Shown piece after piece: positions 61,262 to 64,000 of a DNA stretch of 64,000 bases. The position numbers and the translations under genes are program-made. Positions within the stretch are counted from its first letter, which is position 1, and each line of letters starts with the position of its first letter. The DNA is from Octopus sinensis (lineage: Eukaryota). The notes below the pieces were generated by a model. That model saw only the letters and a program-made list of their open reading frames with translations, was not told where the DNA came from and searched no databases. Location: contig NC_043006.1 in assembly GCF_006345805.1 (NCBI RefSeq), forward strand, positions 28,520,001 to 28,584,000, given 5' to 3'.

Positions 61262-64000
61262 ATTATTATCATTATCATCATTATTATTATTATTATCATT
61301 ATTATTCAGGTCACTGTCTGGAATCAAACTGGGGATCTTGGGGTCAGTAGCCTGCATTCTTAACCACTACGCTATATGCCCGTGGGCAATTATGGAGTGA
61401 ATCTTAGGGATTATAAATATTTCCCTATCCTTCCTTAATACCAGTTCCCATATGCTACTCATATCTGCACTCGGTCTGCTTAGGAGGTTGTTGTGTCCTA
61501 GCATATGTGCTGCTCCTTTTAGTCTTCGTATTTTCCAGTGGTGTTCTCTGTCTATTATTTTAATGTCATCCCACAAGGGGAGGTGGTCTCCATTTTTCCA
61601 TACATGATCAGCTATACCCGATTTATCAATATCTCCTTGTCTCAGCTTTGTGATGTTCATCTACCCTTATTTTGAGGGGGCAGCATGTTTCACCTTTGTA
61701 TAACCTACCACAGCTGCATGGGATGGAGTACATGCAGTCTTTGGTCATATTCTCTTCTATTGGTAGTTTTACTCGCAGGAGATATTTGCGAAGTGTTGTA
61801 TTACTCTTGAATACTGTCCTGATGTCATATGGGCTGCATATCTTTTTTTATCTTTTTGGAGAGTCCTTTCACATAGGGTAGACAGAATGTGGACAGTTTA
61901 TTGGTTTCATCCTCTTTTTTCTTCATAATTGGAGTGGATAGTATGTTTTTGGGGTAGTTGTTGCTTAATAGATTGTTACTGAGCTTGATCATTTCTTCAT
62001 GGTGTGTATCGCGATTGCTACTTATATTCTTTGCTCGATGTTTCAGGCACTGAGCAGACCCTCTCTTTACACTGTATAGATGGTGGGAATTGAAGTTGAG
62101 GTATCGCACAGTGAAGGTCGGCTTGCGGTATACGGATGCCCTGAATCCATACTTGGTGTGTGTTATTTCCTTTTCCATTGTGAACTGTATGGATGGCTTT
62201 ATTGAGTTCACATAATCTAACAGCACTTGGATATCTTCCTAGTGGGGCCAGAGCATAAAGATGTCATCAGCATATTGCAGCCATAGGGTTGGTTTTAGTG
62301 GTGTTGATCCTAAAGCCAAATTCTCAAAGCCAATATATACTTGGAATACTTTGAGAATTTGGCTTTAGGATCAACACCACTAAAACCAACCCTATGGCTG
62401 TGATATGTTGATGACACCTTTATACTCTGGCTCTACCAGGAAAATGTCCAAGTGCTGTTAGATTATGTGAACTCAAAGTCATCCATACAGTTCACAATGG
62501 AAAAGGATAAAGACAATCAGCTAGCATTCGTGGACCTATTAATAACACGCATGAAATATGGATTCAGGACATCCGTATACCGCAAGCCGACCTTCACTGG
62601 ATGATACCTCTATTTCAATTCCCACCATCCATTCAGTGTAAGGAGAGGGATTACTCAGTGCCTAAAACATCAAGCAAAGAATACACCACTGGAAAGTATT
62701 GAGGTTCACACTCCACTTCTCCCTAAGCATAAAAACTTGTGTAGATAAGATCTTCCTCAGCTTAGTGGATAAACACTTTCCCCATATGAATAAGTTCTGT
62801 AAAATATTTAATAGGCACACTTTAAGAGATTCTTTTAGCTGTGCATCTAGTATAAAGAAAATATTAGAAGGTAGGCCCACACCTAAGACAGAGTGCTTAT
62901 GCAGAAACAACACGACATGCTCCCTTAACAACCACTACAACAAAGAGACAATCATCAAAGGACCCAAGTGGGCAGTCAAACAAGGAGTAGTATGTGGGTG
63001 TAACAGAAGATCCTTTCAGGATCAGACTGTACATCTATTAGTCCTCCTTTAATATCCAGGAGAGATACAATGTCACAGCCCTCGCTAGGCATATACAACC
63101 ATTGAAGGAAAGTGCCATGGTTTTTCAACATCAAGTGGAAAATCATGGAAAAACTCAAGCCTTATTTTAACAGTAGCTGGAAGTGCAGGCTTTGCTAGCT
63201 GAGCAAAGAATCTTTTAAACATTTTTTTCACCCAGGCATCTACCTATAAAGCAGGAGACAAATATTTAGCTCACTCCCACATTATGGCTTACCTACAGGC
63301 TCCATCATAATTATAAACGTTAGGTCTTTCACCACATATTTTGAGAACCCAGCAAAGTTTTGGCCAAACTATACACACAGATACATACACATAATGCACC
63401 CACACAAGGGGGTTAAATGTCTCCAATAAAAATCCACTATACAAATATTAACCTTGCAAACATATCAATCCCTTCAACTCTCTCTACACACATATTAACT
63501 CACCCCACCTTTGCTGCATCACAAATTCACTCAAAGTTTGAGGGGTAAGGACATAATTCTTCATAATTCCCTTGCTAAATTGCCTCCTGTGGCATCATTT
63601 CAACGTTTTCACAGCACCCACAAAGCAGATGTGACACCACCACACCTCTGATAATAGAAAGTGGCAAGCTGGCACAATCATTAGCATGCCAGGCAAAATG
63701 TTTAGCGGCATTTTGTTTTTCTTTATTTTGAGTTCAAACTCCACCAAGGTCAACTTTGCCTTTTATCTTTTCAAGGTCGATAAAATAAGTACCAGTTAAA
63801 CACTGGAGTCAATGTAATTGACTAGCGTCTTCCCCTGAAATTGCTGGCCTTGTGCCAAAATTTGAAACCATTTTTATTTACCCTATTATTCATATTGAAT
63901 GGGTAACCTCCGATATAAAAGTGGGTTGTTTCAGGATTGAGTTCCAACAAAGAAAAGGCACTGTTAGACTTGTCTGTTGCAACTTCTGATTTGTTTCCAT
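9436..64000 (-). CDS. LanA: Laminin subunit alpha (LanA / alpha3-5 type), 3' part of a multi-exon gene covering LG1-LG5; 16 exons traced, the 5' part lies beyond the window
   Basis: Manual translation of GT-AG flanked exons with matching phases gives five tandem laminin G modules (FYIGGYP, LGLWNF, GYRFDG, NDGKWH, FVGC, YIGGVP, CALP...[28 protein letters not shown]...GSCP-stop). The alpha3/5 assignment rests on recalled motifs (GLWNF without the LG1 Cys pair; CALP..RFG before LG4). Confidence 0.93.
10358..10577. mobile_element. piggyBac-type MITE (TTAA TSD, CCCTTTAGCATT termini); decayed copies at ~36015-36225 and ~55920-56130
   Basis: ttaa|ccctttagcatt...aatgttaaaggg|ttaa. Confidence 0.8.
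11419..11541 (-). CDS. LanA: Laminin alpha exon (LG5)
   Basis: ttgtgtag|[13 protein letters not shown]...[15 protein letters not shown]|gtaaga; 123 bp, phase 1 to 1. Confidence 0.94.
12283..12358 (-). ncRNA. Degenerate hammerhead motif at the end of a probable PLE remnant (~12280-12900)
   Basis: cata-a-CTGAAGA-GCAC...GTGT-GAAAtctcTTC-a-tatg; stem III is poor. Confidence 0.4.
13066..13154 (-). ncRNA. Type I hammerhead ribozyme motif
   Basis: ACTTCC-CTGAAGA-aAAGAT...ATCTTC-GAAAC-ATGT-GTC-GGAAGT. Confidence 0.8.
13567..13655 (+). ncRNA. Type I hammerhead ribozyme motif
   Basis: ACTTCC-CTGAAGA-GAAGAT...ATCTTC-GAAAC-ATGT-GTC-aGAAGT. Confidence 0.82.
14845..14944 (-). CDS. LanA: Laminin alpha exon (LG5)
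   Basis: tttttcag|[34 protein letters not shown]|gtaagt; 100 bp, phase 0 to 1. Confidence 0.93.
15816..16123 (-). mobile_element. Non-autonomous Helitron/Helentron-like (DINE/HINE-type) element
   Basis: The minus strand begins ACTAGCAGTATCGTCCGGCGTTGCTCGGG and ends with a CA/GACA tract plus TTTTATATATAAAGAT. Confidence 0.7.
16170..16493. mobile_element. hAT-type MITE with 8-bp TSD
   Basis: Termini cagggttggatt / aatccagtgttg; TSD cttaggct / cataggct (7/8). Confidence 0.7.
16838..17423 (+). mobile_element. Non-autonomous Helitron/Helentron-like element
   Basis: ACTAGCAGCATAGCCCAGCGTTGCCCGGG start; (GACA)n near the 3' end; TTTTATATATATAGAGAT end. Confidence 0.75.
17754..17881 (-). CDS. LanA: Laminin alpha exon (LG5)
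   Basis: atttgcag|[44 protein letters not shown]|gtatgt; 128 bp, phase 1 to 0. Confidence 0.94.
19002..19101. other. Assembly gap (100 N, true size unknown)
   Basis: Run of exactly 100 N. Confidence 0.99.
19102..20060 (+). mobile_element. RTE-clade LINE 3' part with long repetitive 3' UTR and (GAT)n tail
   Basis: [11 protein letters not shown]...[11 protein letters not shown]...GRGR.RKTW; the same 3' UTR recurs at ~57040-57620, 24710-24870 and 47480-47715. Confidence 0.92.
21186..21347 (-). CDS. LanA: Laminin alpha exon (LG4)
   Basis: gttttag|[17 protein letters not shown]...[19 protein letters not shown]|gtaagt; 162 bp, phase 0 to 0. Confidence 0.93.
21480..22140 (-). mobile_element. Decayed Naiad-like PLE 3' fragment
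   Basis: The minus strand encodes [19 protein letters not shown], matching the C-terminal E.S.C.H motif seen at 130-160. Confidence 0.5.
22158..22540. repeat. Inverted repeat (~125-bp arms) abutting the PLE fragment
   Basis: gaatagtatcg...ctctttttttag versus ctagaaaaaaaaagc...cgatactattc. Confidence 0.92.
23031..23220 (-). CDS. LanA: Laminin alpha exon (LG4)
   Basis: atttcag|[19 protein letters not shown]...FAFNCGGG...NDGHWHT|gtaatc; 190 bp, phase 2 to 0. Confidence 0.95.
24549..25546 (+). mobile_element. Internally deleted mariner element with TIRs and TA TSD, containing a nested RTE 3'-tail insertion (~24710-24870)
   Basis: TA|cgaggtatgtcagaaaagtaacaagact ... aatcttgtttcttttctgacacaccttg|TA; [25 protein letters not shown]. 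Confidence 0.9.
26118..26256 (-). CDS. LanA: Laminin alpha exon (hinge / start of LG4)
   Basis: tatttcag|[49 protein letters not shown]|gtaagt; 139 bp, phase 1 to 2. Confidence 0.9.
26589..27899 (+). mobile_element. Penelope-like remnant: inverted 5' pLTR copy, decayed GIY-YIG-like segment (~27040-27330), 3' pLTR with a degenerate hammerhead
   Basis: 26589-26765 is the reverse complement of 27727-27899; pLTR motif GAAGAGCGTAGGCTCGAAAC. The endonuclease call is tentative. Confidence 0.65.
28778..30034 (+). mobile_element. Degenerate full-length Tc1/mariner-superfamily transposon (DUF4817-type HTH, WIGR..WPPRS motif)
   Basis: TA|cagagtcattgaaaaggtttcc ... gaaacctttttcgatgacccag|TA; decayed [46 protein letters not shown]. 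Confidence 0.88.
30827..30921 (-). CDS. LanA: Laminin alpha exon (end of LG3 / hinge)
   Basis: atttcag|[33 protein letters not shown]|gtaaat; 95 bp, phase 2 to 1. Confidence 0.9.
31311..31690 (+). mobile_element. tRNA-derived SINE, full length; second copy at ~46350-46650 (-)
   Basis: A box TGGCCCAGTGG, B box GTTTCGATTCC, shared body between the two copies. Confidence 0.88.
31782..31952 (-). CDS. LanA: Laminin alpha exon (LG3)
   Basis: gttttag|C-LKLNIDD...DLYIGGVP...[15 protein letters not shown]|gtaagt; 171 bp, phase 2 to 2. Confidence 0.94.
32991..34937. repeat. Diverged ~660-bp tandem repeat (one partial and two full units; SINE inserted at ~33330-33520)
   Basis: Units start at 33620 and 34282 (tgaaaagatta) and end in GTGTGAATGATA; partial unit 32991-33242. 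Confidence 0.9.
35193..35335 (-). CDS. LanA: Laminin alpha exon (LG3)
   Basis: ctatgcag|[14 protein letters not shown]...[18 protein letters not shown]|gtaaga; 143 bp, phase 0 to 2. Confidence 0.9.
36490..36651 (-). CDS. LanA: Laminin alpha exon (start of LG3)
   Basis: ttttcag|[15 protein letters not shown]...[11 protein letters not shown]|gtaagt; 162 bp, phase 0 to 0. Confidence 0.88.
39109..39226 (-). CDS. LanA: Laminin alpha exon (end of LG2)
   Basis: gttacag|[40 protein letters not shown]|gtaagt; 118 bp, phase 2 to 0. Confidence 0.93.
40136..40187 (-). ncRNA. Type I hammerhead ribozyme motif
   Basis: AGCTTC-CTGAAGA-tTTCatttGAAt-GAAACAG-ttctagtc-CTGTA-GAAaGCT. Confidence 0.82.
40214..40264 (+). 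ncRNA. Type I hammerhead ribozyme motif, complete
   Basis: AGCTTC-CTGAAGA-tTTCatttGAAt-GAAACAG-ttctagtc-CTGTA-GAAGCT; predicted cleavage after 40258. Confidence 0.87.
40664..41226 (+). mobile_element. Internally deleted mariner remnant
   Basis: [11 protein letters not shown]..., [34 protein letters not shown]; weak TIRs. Confidence 0.85.
41664..41870. repeat. Inverted repeat (48-bp arms), same family as the 7111 hairpin
   Basis: Shared ccacataccgaaaa.ttagaaatagcag core. Confidence 0.92.
41990..42850 (-). mobile_element. Decayed mariner transposase
   Basis: [34 protein letters not shown]; upstream FLNQIVT.DEK remnants. Confidence 0.9.
43400..43773 (-). mobile_element. 5' fragment of a mariner element
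   Basis: TIR-like TA|caagggctgatcaataagtat; [15 protein letters not shown]. Confidence 0.75.
45733..46052 (+). mobile_element. Short 5'-truncated RTE copy (family of 4700-5232) with 8-bp TSD agaaaacc
   Basis: LSWKRHPTK...VSTTVEQ*; TSD at 45725-45732 and 46053-46060. Confidence 0.9.
47716..48125 (-). mobile_element. Head-to-tail partial tandem of the common tRNA-SINE, inserted in an RTE 3' UTR (TSD aaaagcacct)
   Basis: Two near-identical bodies joined at gaaatacc. Other copies of this SINE at ~5470-5690, 14070-14280, 23765-24115, 59670-59875, 60050-60260 and 63640-63870. Confidence 0.85.
49621..49979. repeat. Near-perfect 359-bp palindrome (170-bp arms, 10-nt loop)
   Basis: The arms differ by a few substitutions and by poly(T) length; loop agttcgtgag at 49791-49800. 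Confidence 0.97.
50348..50435 (+). ncRNA. Type I hammerhead ribozyme motif inside an inverted repeat (50207-50468)
   Basis: TGTGG-CTGAAGA-tTGC...GCAt-GAAAC-AATT-GTA-CTACA. Confidence 0.78.
53893..53977 (-). CDS. LanA: Laminin alpha exon (LG2)
   Basis: tttttcag|[31 protein letters not shown]|gtaagg; 85 bp, phase 1 to 2. Confidence 0.92.
54980..55066 (+). ncRNA. Type I hammerhead ribozyme motif
   Basis: GCGG-CTGAAGA-aGGCT...AGCCc-GAAAC-ATAT-GTA-TCGC; internal 10-bp hairpin ttatatcaat/attgatataa. Confidence 0.78.
55165..55225 (-). ncRNA. Type I hammerhead ribozyme motif (slightly degenerate stem II)
   Basis: GATAA-CTGAAGA-GATG...CATCc-GAAACT-cgg-AGTT-TTATC. Confidence 0.7.
55565..55792. mobile_element. 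pogo/Tigger-type MITE
   Basis: TIR cagtaatccctt / aagggattactg followed by TA. Confidence 0.75.
56260..56591 (-). CDS. LanA: Laminin alpha exon (LG2 N-terminal part)
   Basis: cctgcag|[22 protein letters not shown]...[25 protein letters not shown]|gtaagt; 332 bp, phase 2 to 1. Confidence 0.95.
57789..58860. mobile_element. Mutator/foldback-type non-autonomous element with 9-bp TSD and a GT-rich core
   Basis: TSD aaataaagt at 57780-57788 and 58861-58869; inverted ends built of ~15-nt ggacaac/ttgatacc subrepeats. Confidence 0.8.
59090..59622. mobile_element. Long-TIR (~130 bp, diverged) DNA element between (ATT)n and (AAT)n tracts; related internal fragment at ~15340-15590
   Basis: gcatgccatcgaaatgacactgg...catacccat versus atgggtatat...gtgtcactttggtggcaagc. 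Confidence 0.65.
60380..60801 (+). mobile_element. Full-length tRNA-derived SINE with (GAGTAAAA)n tail; many partial copies elsewhere in the window
   Basis: ggcgcaggagtggatgtgtgg head, B box GGTTCAGTCC, 5-bp flanking repeat aaata. Confidence 0.88.
60808..60932 (-). CDS. LanA: Laminin alpha exon (end of LG1)
   Basis: tttacag|[43 protein letters not shown]|gtattt; 125 bp, phase 0 to 2. Confidence 0.92.
61117..61162 (-). ncRNA. Minimal (loop-less stem III) hammerhead motif in a PLE 3' UTR
   Basis: GACAC-CTGATGA-aGGCTG-gagggtatat-CAGCC-GAAAC-ATT-GTGTT; G16.2 reads A here (possible CpG decay from GAAACGTT). Confidence 0.7.
61307..61381 (-). other. tRNA-like 75-mer (Pol III A/B boxes), not a functional tRNA
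   Basis: GGGCATATAGCGTAGTGGTTAAG...CAGTTTGATTCCAGACAGTGACCTG; arms degenerate. Confidence 0.75.
62690..63230 (+). mobile_element. Decayed Naiad-like PLE C-terminal fragment (linker + endonuclease)
   Basis: [61 protein letters not shown]. Confidence 0.75.
63882..64000 (-). CDS. LanA: Laminin alpha exon (LG1, partial, runs off the window)
   Basis: [39 protein letters not shown], phase-0 donor AGG|gtaaat. Confidence 0.9.

Larger units (their letters stand above)
61040..62683 (-). mobile_element. 5'-truncated Penelope-like element (RT thumb + GIY-YIG) with a 5' foldback inversion
   Basis: [10 protein letters not shown]..., [43 protein letters not shown]...LWDDIKII...RRLK.A; 62349-62683 is an inverted copy of 62026-62329. 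Confidence 0.9.

Overview
AT-rich, repeat-dense eukaryotic genomic DNA. The SINE, RTE and microsatellite landscape looks like Octopus/cephalopod, but this is recognition from memory, not a search result. The window holds the 3' end of a laminin alpha-chain gene on the minus strand. I traced 16 phase-compatible exons from LG1 to the LG5 stop at 9436; one further LG4/LG5 exon is absent and probably lies in the 100-N gap at 19002-19101. The introns and the downstream region contain tRNA-derived SINEs, RTE LINEs, Tc1/mariner remnants, hAT-, piggyBac-, pogo- and Mutator-type MITEs, Helentron-like elements and many Penelope-like element (PLE) remnants. The most unusual signal is about a dozen type I hammerhead-ribozyme motifs from several families. 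Many sit in long foldback or palindromic elements embedded in (TA)n tracts, and several lie on the strand transcribed as laminin pre-mRNA. One PLE 3' end reads tRNA-like head + (AAT)n + hammerhead. No CRISPR arrays, rRNA genes or functional tRNA genes were found.
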